64,000 nt of DNA from an uncultured Chlamydiales bacterium (GTDB lineage Bacteria; Chlamydiota; Chlamydiia; Chlamydiales; JAAKFR01). The stretch's first letter is position 1. Every line of letters begins with the position of its first letter. Positions 19,868 through 28,722 of the stretch are shown here, one piece after another. The DNA lies in contig OY969414.1 of the NCBI GenBank assembly GCA_963699155.1, positions 363,757 to 427,756 of the forward strand, in the 5' to 3' direction. Position numbers and translations under genes: made by a program. The notes under the pieces were generated by a model. The model saw nothing but the letters and a program-made list of their open reading frames with translations. It was not told the origin of the DNA and did no database searches.

Positions 19868-20632
19868 ATGCGCAAAGGAGTGCTATTTTTAGCTGTTTGC
19901 TGGATGGCAACCCCTCTAATGGGGATGAATCTTCTCTGGCTTTGGGATCCCTGTCCTTACAACTGGACAGGCTTTTATGCAGGCGGATTTGCGGGTGGTG
20001 CATGGGGCACCCGTGTCAGAACTGAAGATAGGGGAGTCACTCCAGTTGGAGCCTTTCTAGAACCCTTCCCTTTTGGCTATTACTTGGGTGGTGCCGCGTT
20101 CGGTGGAGCTACCGTAGGCTATAACTTTCAGATTTGCACCTCTGTCGTCGGCTTGGAAAATGAGGTGGGTTATATCCATGGATCGGGCAGAAAATTTGAT
20201 CCTACCCCTCCTCTAGGTTTTACGATTCTATCGAGCGCTACTTTAGGGAATTGGTATGATGCTCTCACTTTGCGCTTAGGTTATACTTTTCATGGTTTTC
20301 TCTTTTATCTGAAGGCGGGGGCCACCTTTACACAAGTCTCTGGTAGATTGACAATCGAGACCACCAGGGGAGTGCCTGTTTTTAACGCATCCAAGCACCA
20401 TCTATCGACCTCTTGGGCCGTCGGAACAGGGATCGAATTTGCCTTTTGGAAAAGATGGAGTGCCAAACTGGAATTTCTCTCTCTCGGATCCCACAAGGTG
20501 CTCCTTTCTGGACCCCTAATAAGCACAACTCCTAATTTAGCGGATAGTTGGAAACACACCATCGATCAGATCTATACGGCCAAATTTGGCATCAACTACC
20601 GCTTCAACAGAGGCTGCTTCCGGTGGCTTTAA
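19868..20632 (+). CDS. outer-membrane beta-barrel protein (Omp25/RopB-like)
   Basis: Signal peptide; YNWTGFYAGG, GYNFQ, RLGY, GIEFAF, WSAKLEF, GINYRF. Confidence 0.85.
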   Translation: MRKGVLFLAVCWMATPLMGMNLLWLWDPCPYNWTGFYAGGFAGGAWGTRVRTEDRGVTPVGAFLEPFPFGYYLGGAAFGGATVGYNFQICTSVVGLENEVGYIHGSGRKFDPTPPLGFTILSSATLGNWYDALTLRLGYTFHGFLFYLKAGATFTQVSGRLTIETTRGVPVFNASKHHLSTSWAVGTGIEFAFWKRWSAKLEFLSLGSHKVLLSGPLISTTPNLADSWKHTIDQIYTAKFGINYRFNRGCFRWL

Positions 20633-20651
20633 CGCCGCCAAAATGGAAAAC

Positions 20652-21494
20652 TTACTTGGTCGTGGCTAGCCGCATTTCAATCAGTTGACCCAAAGCAAGT
20701 AGCTCTGCTGTTTCGATCCTCAATAGCTCGAGCAAGCGGTAGTAGTTGTGGAGCTCTGATGAAAGGATTCCAAAGGCCTTTTCTTCTCCGATGATACGCG
20801 GAAGGTTGATCTTTTCCTGGTCTTGCTCGATATCGAGAAAATCGTCGCTGATCTGAAAGGCCCTACCAAAAGAGCGCGCCGCCTCTTTCACCTGCTCCAT
20901 CAAGGTAAGATCTCCTCCTCCGTAAAGCCAGCCAAAGATAAAAGAGATTTCAAAGAGGGTTCCTGTTTTTTTATCGATGATATCGAGGATAGACTCTTCA
21001 TTGAGAGTAGCGGGAAAAAGATCTTGATATTGTCCCCCAGTGGCTCCCAAAATTCCTGTATTTAAAGAGGCATTTTCGATCGCAAGGAGGCAGATTTCAC
21101 TCCTGCCACTCTTCTCAGCTCCGATACGGATCCGATCGTAACCTGCTGCAATCAACGCATAGCTAGCCAAAATAGCCGTCGCTTCGTCAAAGGCTTTATG
21201 AAGTGAGGGGAGATGGCGCCTCTCATCATCATCGTCCATACAGGGCAGATCATCGGCAATCAGAGAGGCTGTATGGAAATACTCAACGGCAAGCGCCGCA
21301 TCGCTTACCCCTTTCTCATTCCCCAGCGCTTTTCCCATCAGATAGACGATGGCAGGACGGAATCTTTTGCCTCCATTTTTGAGCGCATATTCGACAGCAT
21401 CGCGCAATCCTGTCTGAGGCCCAAAAAAGGGCATATTTTCAACGATCGCCTTTTCGACAGGCTCTTTGTAGCGCGTAAGAAATTCTAAACTCAT
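20652..21494 (-). CDS. ispA: polyprenyl (farnesyl/geranylgeranyl) diphosphate synthase
   Basis: GGKRFRP, ADDLPCMDDDDERR, GGQ, KKTG, FQISDD; ATGA overlap with upstream gene. Confidence 0.93.
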   Translation of the reverse strand: MSLEFLTRYKEPVEKAIVENMPFFGPQTGLRDAVEYALKNGGKRFRPAIVYLMGKALGNEKGVSDAALAVEYFHTASLIADDLPCMDDDDERRHLPSLHKAFDEATAILASYALIAAGYDRIRIGAEKSGRSEICLLAIENASLNTGILGATGGQYQDLFPATLNEESILDIIDKKTGTLFEISFIFGWLYGGGDLTLMEQVKEAARSFGRAFQISDDFLDIEQDQEKINLPRIIGEEKAFGILSSELHNYYRLLELLRIETAELLALGQLIEMRLATTK

Positions 21495-22171
21495 AGCGAT
21501 GCCGAAACTATTTCGGGAGATTGAATGACCGTTTTTGATGGGATAATCCCTCGGGCGGTAGCGCAAGGAGAGAGAAAGCTTTCCTTGCCCATGATTGTCC
21601 CGGGATTGGTGACAGAATTGCATCCTGTTTGGGCAAAATCTCCAATAATCGCTCCAAATTTTCTCAAGCCACTGTCGATCCTCTGCCCGTTCCAGCGAAA
21701 AGAGATATTCTTATTATCAAAGCGCAAGTTGGCACACTTAGTTCCAGCCCCGAGATTGACTTGGTTCCCCAAGACTGTGTCGCCGACATAAGCAAAATGG
21801 CCGGCTTGGGCGCCATTGAGAAAGAGGGAATTCTTGACCTCAGTCGCATGGCCGATGACACACTTGTTACCCGCAAGCAGATCGCCCCGTATGTAAGCAC
21901 CATGGCGGACCTGACAATTCTCTCCAATCCAGCAAGGTCCTCTGATATAGGCGCCCGCCTCCACGACACTCCCTTTTCCGATAAAGATCAACTCTGGATG
22001 AACCAGATAGGCTCCCTCCTCCACTTCTCCTTCGATTTTACCTAAAGGCAACGTAAGTAGATAATCGTGAATCTTCTTTAGACAACTCCACACAGGCTCT
22101 TCATCAGATAAAAGAGCCTTATGCTGAAAATCTTTCAAATCAAAAAATTCTTTGGGAGAGAAGAGAGACAT
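21491..22171 (-). CDS. glmU: GlmU-related hexapeptide-repeat acetyltransferase
   Basis: Left-handed beta-helix repeats, HFAYVGD, NLGAGT, RKFGAIIGD; no pyrophosphorylase domain. Confidence 0.8.
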   Translation of the reverse strand: MSLFSPKEFFDLKDFQHKALLSDEEPVWSCLKKIHDYLLTLPLGKIEGEVEEGAYLVHPELIFIGKGSVVEAGAYIRGPCWIGENCQVRHGAYIRGDLLAGNKCVIGHATEVKNSLFLNGAQAGHFAYVGDTVLGNQVNLGAGTKCANLRFDNKNISFRWNGQRIDSGLRKFGAIIGDFAQTGCNSVTNPGTIMGKESFLSPCATARGIIPSKTVIQSPEIVSASL

Positions 22172-22198
22172 AGACACCTTTATAAGCTGCTCCACCAT

Positions 22199-22395
22199 TG
22201 CTGAAAAGGAATAAACTATATTTATATAATATTCTTCTTCTTCAGAGCCTGTGGAAATGTCAATAAATAGATTCTTTTCCGAGAAAAGAACCTCTTTCAT
22301 AACGGGTCAATCAGTATACCATAAAGAGCCACTTTTCAACAGCCGCGACTTATCAACAGAATCATCAACCACCTTGTAAACAGCTTTTCAACAGA
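22199..22395. promoter_or_regulatory. oriC: probable replication origin (DnaA-box cluster plus AT-rich element)
   Basis: TTTTCAACA 22333 and 22385, TTATCAACA 22350, TTGTAAACA 22374; reverse-strand TTATTGACA/ATTTCCACA pair 22250-22266 next to AT-rich 22211-22232. Confidence 0.6.
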
Positions 22396-22469
22396 TCGGG
22401 CGCGGGCGGATAGGGGCGGCACGGGCACACACACGGAACTTCCTGGCCAAAGTTTGTTTTGAAAAAATA

Positions 22470-22544
22470 TCTGGGTGAGAGGATTCGAACCTCCGACCCC
22501 TAGCACCCCATGCTAGTGCGCTAGCCAAGCTGCGCTACACCCAG
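22470..22544 (-). tRNA. tRNA-Pro(GGG)
   Basis: CTGGGTG acceptor stem, anticodon arm CTAGC-ATGGGGT-GCTAG, GGTTCGAATCC T-arm; CCA not encoded. Confidence 0.96.
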
Positions 22545-22554
22545 AAAGTAGATT

Positions 22555-22809
22555 TTAGATGGAAGTGAGCCCTTCGAACTGGAACTCACACTTTTTGAAC
22601 TCTTCGACTCCAATCCGGGCGCACTCTTCGATGATCTTTTCGAGGGGGTCGCCGGCATGCACCTCGGCGGCGTCGATATCGACCATGATGGAGGCGGTGA
22701 AGGTGGTGCCTCCACGAATCCCTTTCACTTTGAAGTTGGCGAAGATACCCTCTTTCTTCTTAGAAATATTTTTGAAACGGACCAGGTTATTGTGAACAAT
22801 ATCTTTCAT
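22555..22809 (-). CDS. conserved chlamydial hypothetical protein (84 aa)
   Basis: Clean ATG ORF filling the gap between tRNA-Pro and ung; protein-like composition. Confidence 0.75.
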   Translation of the reverse strand: MKDIVHNNLVRFKNISKKKEGIFANFKVKGIRGGTTFTASIMVDIDAAEVHAGDPLEKIIEECARIGVEEFKKCEFQFEGLTSI

Positions 22810-22884
22810 AGAGGGATATGATAGGGGCTGTTTGTCTTCTCGTCAATGTTGAAAGAATTTCTCCAAAGGAGGATCATCTTCTGC

Positions 22885-23574
22885 ATGACAATGCCCCCGC
22901 CACAGCTAGAAGAGAGTTGGAAAGAGGCGCTCAATCATGAGTGGTCGAAAAGATATCTGCTCGACCTGGTGAAGTTTATCGCTGAGGAGCGTGGAAAGGG
23001 AGCGGTCTTTCCAGCCAGAGCCGATGTCTTTACTGCTTTCAATTACACGCCGTTTGACCAAGTCAAGGTGGTGATCGTGGGGCAAGATCCCTACCATGGT
23101 CCTGGACAAGCCCATGGTTTGAGTTTTAGCGTTCCGCCGGGAGTGGCCCAACCCCCCTCTTTAAAAAATATCTTTAAGGAAATCGAAGAGGATCTGGGAA
23201 TTGTTCCCCCTACACATGGGAATTTGAGTGGATGGGCGAAGCAAGGCGTGTTGATGCTCAATGCGATATTGACGGTGAGTGCTCACTCTCCGCGCTCCCA
23301 CAATGGCCAAGGATGGGAGCAATTCACTGATGCGGTCATCACCGAACTTGCTAAACGCGAAGATCCTGTCATCTTTGTTCTTTGGGGAAAGGCGGCACAA
23401 GAAAAATGTCGCTCTATTCTCGAAACGACAAAGAATCGTCACTTCATTCTGATGGCAGCTCACCCCTCTCCCTATTCAGCTCCTTCTGGTTTTTTTGGCT
23501 GTAAACACTTTTCAAAAATCAATGAACTGCTTAAAAAACAGGGAAAAGAACCAATCAATTGGGCACTCACATGA
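22885..23574 (+). CDS. ung: uracil-DNA glycosylase
   Basis: GQDPYH, GLSFSV, GVLMLN, HPSPYS. Confidence 0.97.
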   Translation: MTMPPPQLEESWKEALNHEWSKRYLLDLVKFIAEERGKGAVFPARADVFTAFNYTPFDQVKVVIVGQDPYHGPGQAHGLSFSVPPGVAQPPSLKNIFKEIEEDLGIVPPTHGNLSGWAKQGVLMLNAILTVSAHSPRSHNGQGWEQFTDAVITELAKREDPVIFVLWGKAAQEKCRSILETTKNRHFILMAAHPSPYSAPSGFFGCKHFSKINELLKKQGKEPINWALT

Positions 23575-23792
23575 ATGATCTCTCAGGAATTTCAGGATCT
23601 CAAAGATTGACCTCCCAAACGCGTGTCTCGTTAGATTCGGCGCAGACAATTCCCGCCCTTGAGACTACCGCTGAAAGCCAAGCGATGGAAAAGCTTTCGC
23701 TGGAGATGGAACAGATGCAATATGGTTTGGCGTTGATGAAAGAGATCAGAGGCGCCCTCGAATCGGCGCTGAACGATCTTACACCTCGATAG
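23571..23792 (+). CDS. small hypothetical coiled-coil protein
   Basis: ATGA overlap with ung stop; helical C-terminus. Confidence 0.6.
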   Translation: MNDLSGISGSQRLTSQTRVSLDSAQTIPALETTAESQAMEKLSLEMEQMQYGLALMKEIRGALESALNDLTPR

Positions 23793-24375
23793 TAGAAAGA
23801 GATCTCTTCAACTTTTCTAAGGCTTTAGCGCGGTGAGAGACCCTGTTTTTACTCTCTTCGGTCAATTCACCAAATGTTTGATTGTAATCATGCTTAAGGA
23901 AAAGAGGATCATAGCCGAAACCATAGCCACCGCGCTCTTCAGTGGTAATTGTGCCTTCACAAATGCCTGTAAATGTCTTTTGGATCCCATCTGGTGAAGC
24001 CAAAGCGATACAGCATTCGAAATAGGCAGAGCGTTCAAGACCCTCTAAGCGCTGCATCGCGACGAGAAGCTTCTGTCGATTCTCTTTGTCGCTAGCTCCT
24101 TTTCCCGCATAACGGGCTGAATAGACTCCAGGAGCCCCTCCAAGGGCAGGCACCACTAAACCCGAATCGTCAGCAATGACCCACTTCTGAAAAGTTTGAG
24201 AGGCATGCAGGGCTTTAAGAGTCGCATTTTCCTCAAAGGAGAGACCCGTCTCTTCAGGCTGGACATAATCGGGAAAATCGAGCAGTGAATAGAGATCCAA
24301 GTTTTCAAAGGTGCGCAAAAGGGCACGAATTTCACGAATTTTATGCCCGTTTGTCGTCGCTAAAACGATATCCAT
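23779..24375 (-). CDS. rdgB: dITP/XTP pyrophosphatase
   Basis: ATTNGHK, ADDSGL, PGVYSARYAG, GFGYDPLF, SHRAKAL. Confidence 0.96.
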   Translation of the reverse strand: MDIVLATTNGHKIREIRALLRTFENLDLYSLLDFPDYVQPEETGLSFEENATLKALHASQTFQKWVIADDSGLVVPALGGAPGVYSARYAGKGASDKENRQKLLVAMQRLEGLERSAYFECCIALASPDGIQKTFTGICEGTITTEERGGYGFGYDPLFLKHDYNQTFGELTEESKNRVSHRAKALEKLKRSLSTIEV

Positions 24376-24413
24376 TGGAAAAATCAAACCAGAAAGTGGA
24401 TTATTTTTCTAGA

Positions 24414-24579
24414 TAACCTGAGTTTTGGGTTGGTCTTCCTCGTAATCAGGTGATTTTTATGAGGTTAGCTTGGGATTTTTTGCGAAGGTCATAGCGAAGT
24501 GTTATTACCGAGCAAAAAAGCACAAGATAAACCATAAAAATCCCTGAGGATGAGGGAGAACAACCCAAAACTCAGGTTA
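24414..24579. mobile_element. MITE-like ~166-bp imperfect palindrome with TA termini
   Basis: TAACCTGAGTTTTGGGTTG ... CAACCCAAAACTCAGGTTA; arms pair imperfectly over ~75 nt. Confidence 0.75.
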
Positions 24580-26740
24580 GGAAACTCTCAAATTTTTGGA
24601 CGGTATATTTTTCACCTTGGAATTCAAAGGTATCACCTTTTTTAGATCCGATCATCGCCTGTGCCAGTTTCGACTGGAAGGAGAGGATATTTTTGTCTGT
24701 ATCGGCATCCCAGGGACCTAAAAGCGTGTAGGTGATCTTTATTCCTTTGGAGTCGGTGAGATAGACAATGGCTCCGACGTCGACCTCATCAGCGCGGATG
24801 TCATTCTTTGTCAAGATGCGTGATTGGTTGAGCTGCTGGCTCAAAGTGCGCAGCTCAGCTTGAAGCCGGGAGCGTCTCTCTAGAGCAAATTTATATTCTG
24901 CATTCTCTCGTAAGTCCCCAAGGGCGCGGGCCGCTTCGATCTCTTTCGCATTATCGACCGTCTCCACAGTGCCCAAATGGTGAATTCTCTCTTGAAGTTT
25001 GACATACCCTTCGTGAGTTGTCCAAATGGTTTCTACTTTTTCCTCCTCCTCCTCTTTTTTCATTTTGGCGAGAGAGGGTTGAACGACTTCAGCTAAGTTG
25101 CGGAGGATCTTCAAATCCTGTTTGGTGAGAGATTGGCACTTGCTGGCTAAGAGAAGAAGCTCTTCGAGGTAGGGAATTGAAGCCTCTTTGATCAATATTC
25201 GGACAGTTTCATACCTTTTAGCGGTGATCTGCATCTGGATTTTTTTCACGAGATCACGCATATTGGGTTTGTCTTCGATAAAATGGAGGAGGATGAAGAG
25301 TCCTTCTAAGAAATTTTCGCGACCCTTCTTGTCGTTGAGAGGAACCTTTTCGTCGGCGATGATCTTTTGGAAATACCAGAAAAAGGCTTCGGGGTAGATG
25401 GTCATCTTATGCAGAAGCTCATCGAGCTTCTCCTTGAGCAGTCCCTTTGAGGTGGAGTCATTTTGTAGCTCTTTGAAAATGTAATCCCGGATGGGTGTTT
25501 GAGGGATCACAAATAAAAGATGGAGAAAGAGAGGGATCCAATCGGAGCGCTCTTCACGAATGACAGAGAGCGTCCTCTTTTTATAAGAAATAATATCGAT
25601 CAATCGAAGAACCGATTCTAGATTTTGCATTGGTTTAATCAAGTGGATTGCAGCATCTGGAAATTCTTCGGGGAAAATATCTTGTAAGAGGAAAGAGACC
25701 TGGATTTTACGGGCCATGCTCATGTCAGGAAGCTTTTCATCTGTTGCAAGCCCCTCCATCAACTCCCCTTTGAGCGGCTCTTTCAGATCGGAGTTTTTCG
25801 TGATTTCAGGGAAATCGCGAGTATAGCTGTAGATCAAAGCGACCTTTTCGTCGATACCCCGCGCCCGCTTCAACGCCTCTTTCAAGCGGGTATCATGAGT
25901 GACCTCCTCCGTGCGGAGGATAAAGTGATCTTTGGCTGTCTCTGGAGATTGGATTTTCGTATCTTTTTTGATTTTCGCCCGTGCTGTTTGCCACCATTTG
26001 GACCACTCCTTTTCAGGAATCACTAATTCAGAGAGCTCCTCTTTAATTTCTTGTGCGGTTTTAGGTCCCAAGTCGCTCAATAAAAGTCGAATTAACCCAA
26101 CTTGATCCGCTCTCCCCTCCTGCTCTAAGCCATCGGGATCGCCGAATCTTCGCGCAAGAAAATGGGTGCGTGGGAGAGGAATCAAGTTTCTGAAAGCATT
26201 GTCAAAAGAGAGATCTTTGACAGCTCCTGTCCCTTCAAATTCTAGGAGAACATGTTCCCTGAGGAGCGAAATGTCCATCACTTCACCTACGCCCCAGCCG
26301 CCGCTATGGAAAACAAACTGCCCTTTATCCATATGTGTAAGCAGTTCATAGTTGGAGATCGCTCCTTGGAACGATTGACGCGATAGAAGGCCAACGAGGC
26401 GCAGTTTTTGTGCAAAACTCCTCTCTTCGCCGTAACGTTTTTTTAGAAAGTCGGTAGCGATATCGGCAAGTAAAGAAGAATGAGTCGTTTCCAAATCGAT
26501 GATGAGCCTTAAAACATCATCAGCCGCTTTTTGTCCCTCAATTTTTTTCCAGAGAGGCAGAACAGTTTCGACAAATTGGCCAAAGGTAGGGGCGATAGTT
26601 GAGCCTTTGATCAGTCCAAGTAGCTTGGCAAGTTCGGGTCCATCGACCTCATCTGCCATGCAATATTCTTCCCAAAGCCGTAGAAAGTGAGCCAGCCGAT
26701 CGCCTTCGAGAAGCATTTGAAACTCATCTAAATAGCTCAT
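24572..26740 (-). CDS. greA: transcription elongation factor GreA, long chlamydial form
   Basis: C-terminal ARALGDLRENAEYK and ILSFQSKLAQAMIG; ~560-aa N-terminal extension. Confidence 0.93.
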   Translation of the reverse strand: MSYLDEFQMLLEGDRLAHFLRLWEEYCMADEVDGPELAKLLGLIKGSTIAPTFGQFVETVLPLWKKIEGQKAADDVLRLIIDLETTHSSLLADIATDFLKKRYGEERSFAQKLRLVGLLSRQSFQGAISNYELLTHMDKGQFVFHSGGWGVGEVMDISLLREHVLLEFEGTGAVKDLSFDNAFRNLIPLPRTHFLARRFGDPDGLEQEGRADQVGLIRLLLSDLGPKTAQEIKEELSELVIPEKEWSKWWQTARAKIKKDTKIQSPETAKDHFILRTEEVTHDTRLKEALKRARGIDEKVALIYSYTRDFPEITKNSDLKEPLKGELMEGLATDEKLPDMSMARKIQVSFLLQDIFPEEFPDAAIHLIKPMQNLESVLRLIDIISYKKRTLSVIREERSDWIPLFLHLLFVIPQTPIRDYIFKELQNDSTSKGLLKEKLDELLHKMTIYPEAFFWYFQKIIADEKVPLNDKKGRENFLEGLFILLHFIEDKPNMRDLVKKIQMQITAKRYETVRILIKEASIPYLEELLLLASKCQSLTKQDLKILRNLAEVVQPSLAKMKKEEEEEKVETIWTTHEGYVKLQERIHHLGTVETVDNAKEIEAARALGDLRENAEYKFALERRSRLQAELRTLSQQLNQSRILTKNDIRADEVDVGAIVYLTDSKGIKITYTLLGPWDADTDKNILSFQSKLAQAMIGSKKGDTFEFQGEKYTVQKFESFLT

Positions 26741-26867
26741 TTTAATTATCCTAATGCAAACCTTATGAAAAATATACAACCCTTCTCAAAAAAGAGCAAT
26801 AAAAACTTGATAATTGGCTTACAATATTAAATTTTTGTATGTACAATTAAGAAATCGGGAGGATGTT

Positions 26868-27275
26868 ATGACTAGTCGCAGTGAAGAAGAGATCAGACTT
26901 GCTTTAGAAGAAGTATTAAAAGTTTATGATATTAAATTAGAACAGACACCTCCCCAACCCAACGAGCCTAATGACTACTCAGAAGTCATAGGAAAAACTC
27001 AGGCACGCATCGATGATCTCAATGAGAAGGCGGAAGAGATATTCAAGCGGACGGGCATGACCCGCGAGCAGCTCGATGCCTATGCAGCCAATCCCAATAA
27101 TTTCTCCAAAGAGCAATGGGAAGCGCTGCAAAAAGTGAGAGAGGCATGTGAAAAGTATAAGAGAGAAGCCCGTAGCAAAATCCGCGATCCCCAATTTGAA
27201 CAGAAAGTCGAAACCACGCAGCGGGAAAAGCAGCCACACCGCTTCGCCAAGAAAAAGCATTGGATTCCCCTTTGA
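26868..27275 (+). CDS. conserved chlamydial hypothetical protein
   Basis: GGAGG RBS; GMTREQLDAYAANPNNFSKEQW; C-terminal KKHWIPL; lies between greA and nqrA. Confidence 0.8.
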   Translation: MTSRSEEEIRLALEEVLKVYDIKLEQTPPQPNEPNDYSEVIGKTQARIDDLNEKAEEIFKRTGMTREQLDAYAANPNNFSKEQWEALQKVREACEKYKREARSKIRDPQFEQKVETTQREKQPHRFAKKKHWIPL

Positions 27276-27331
27276 CTTTCTAATAATCATTGGATTCCCC
27301 TTTAATTTTATAGTGGCTATAGTCTTCTGCC

Positions 27332-28693
27332 ATGAAGATTACAGTCAAAAAAGGTCTCGATATTCCGATTGCTGGAAAGCCGGCAGGGCCTGTTAAAGAA
27401 CTCCCTAAACCTCAGCATGTTGCTCTAAATCTCACCGCTTTTGATGAACTCCGCTTTCGCTTGCTGACAAAAGTAGGCGAGAGGGTGCAAATTGGTCAGC
27501 CCCTCGTCGAAAATAAAGGGGTCCCAGGGCAAATGTTTGTCTCCCCTGGAGGAGGAGTTGTCAGTGAGATCCGCAGAGGTCATAAGCGGCAATTGGGGCA
27601 GGTTATCATCCAGCTGGATGCGGAGGAGAGTTTCTATCCCCACACTCCTCTCGACCCCGAAAAAGCGACACGAGAGGAGTTGATCGCTTCTTTGATGAGT
27701 GGAGGGCTCTTTCCTCACATCCGCCTTCGTCCCTTCAACTTGATTCCTGACGCTCGCTTTGTGCCACGCGATATCTTTGTCACAGCTGTGGAATCGCGCC
27801 CCTTTGAACCTCCCTTAGAGATGCAAGTAGAGGGTTATGAAAATTATTTTCAGGCGGGGCTCACCGCCTTAAGCCGATTGACCCCGGGGAAGGTTCACCT
27901 TGTCTCGAGAGAAAAGAGCGTCTTTGCCCCCTTTGTCCATGCGCAGCATATCGAAAAACATACCATAGAAGGGCCCCATCCCGCCGGCTCCTCTTCCCTC
28001 CATATCCACCAGATCGCACCCATCCGTCGTCCAGATGACCATGTTTGGGCCCTCACCGCACTCGATGCAGTGATTCTAGGGCGCCTGGTCACTGAGGGCA
28101 GATACCAGGCCGAACGGGTTATTGCGATCGCAGGGAATGGCGTCATCGAAGAAAAGAGAGGTTATTTCAGAGGGAGATCGGGCTATCCTATTGAGGAGCT
28201 CATGGCTGGAAGAGTGGCCAACCAGCTACTCTGTCTGATTTCGGGCAATCCGCTCACCGGCCACAGAGTGGATAGCGACCAATTTCTCGGTTTTGACCAG
28301 AGCTGCTTTTCGATCATTCCCGAAAATAGCAGTCGCGAGCGCTTCCACTTTCTTAGCCTTGGCCTCGATAAGTATTCGGCAAGCAGAGCCTACCTTTCAG
28401 GCCATATTCGTCCCCCTAAAGAGGGCTACCCCTTCACCACCAACCAACATGGCGAAGAGCGTGCCTTTATCGATGCCACAGTCTACGACAGAGTGATGCC
28501 GATGAGGATCCCCACCGTTTTTCTCATCAAAGCCATTCTCGCTGAAGATTTTGAGCTTGCAGACCAGCTCGGCCTCCTTGAAGTCACCCCCGAAGACTTT
28601 GCCCTCTCCAGCTTTATCGACCCCTCTAAAATCGAGATGGTCGATATCGTGCGCAAGGGCCTCCACCGCTACTCCAAAGAGATGGGATATTAA
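27332..28693 (+). CDS. nqrA: Na+-translocating NADH:quinone reductase subunit A
   Basis: MKITVKKGLDIPIAGKP, GPHPAG, ISGNPLTG, FTTNQHGEERA, PEDFAL. Confidence 0.95.
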   Translation: MKITVKKGLDIPIAGKPAGPVKELPKPQHVALNLTAFDELRFRLLTKVGERVQIGQPLVENKGVPGQMFVSPGGGVVSEIRRGHKRQLGQVIIQLDAEESFYPHTPLDPEKATREELIASLMSGGLFPHIRLRPFNLIPDARFVPRDIFVTAVESRPFEPPLEMQVEGYENYFQAGLTALSRLTPGKVHLVSREKSVFAPFVHAQHIEKHTIEGPHPAGSSSLHIHQIAPIRRPDDHVWALTALDAVILGRLVTEGRYQAERVIAIAGNGVIEEKRGYFRGRSGYPIEELMAGRVANQLLCLISGNPLTGHRVDSDQFLGFDQSCFSIIPENSSRERFHFLSLGLDKYSASRAYLSGHIRPPKEGYPFTTNQHGEERAFIDATVYDRVMPMRIPTVFLIKAILAEDFELADQLGLLEVTPEDFALSSFIDPSKIEMVDIVRKGLHRYSKEMGY

Positions 28694-28722
28694 AGGCTGA
28701 CCTGTTATGAATCTCTGGATTC

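Noticed and set aside
22397..22440. CGGGCG/CGGGCAC low-complexity tract beside tRNA-Pro
   Set aside because: Too short and degenerate to call as a repeat element or att site
24572..26740. Oversized GreA (also long ThyX and lone nqrA elsewhere in the window)
   Set aside because: All are typical of Chlamydiae
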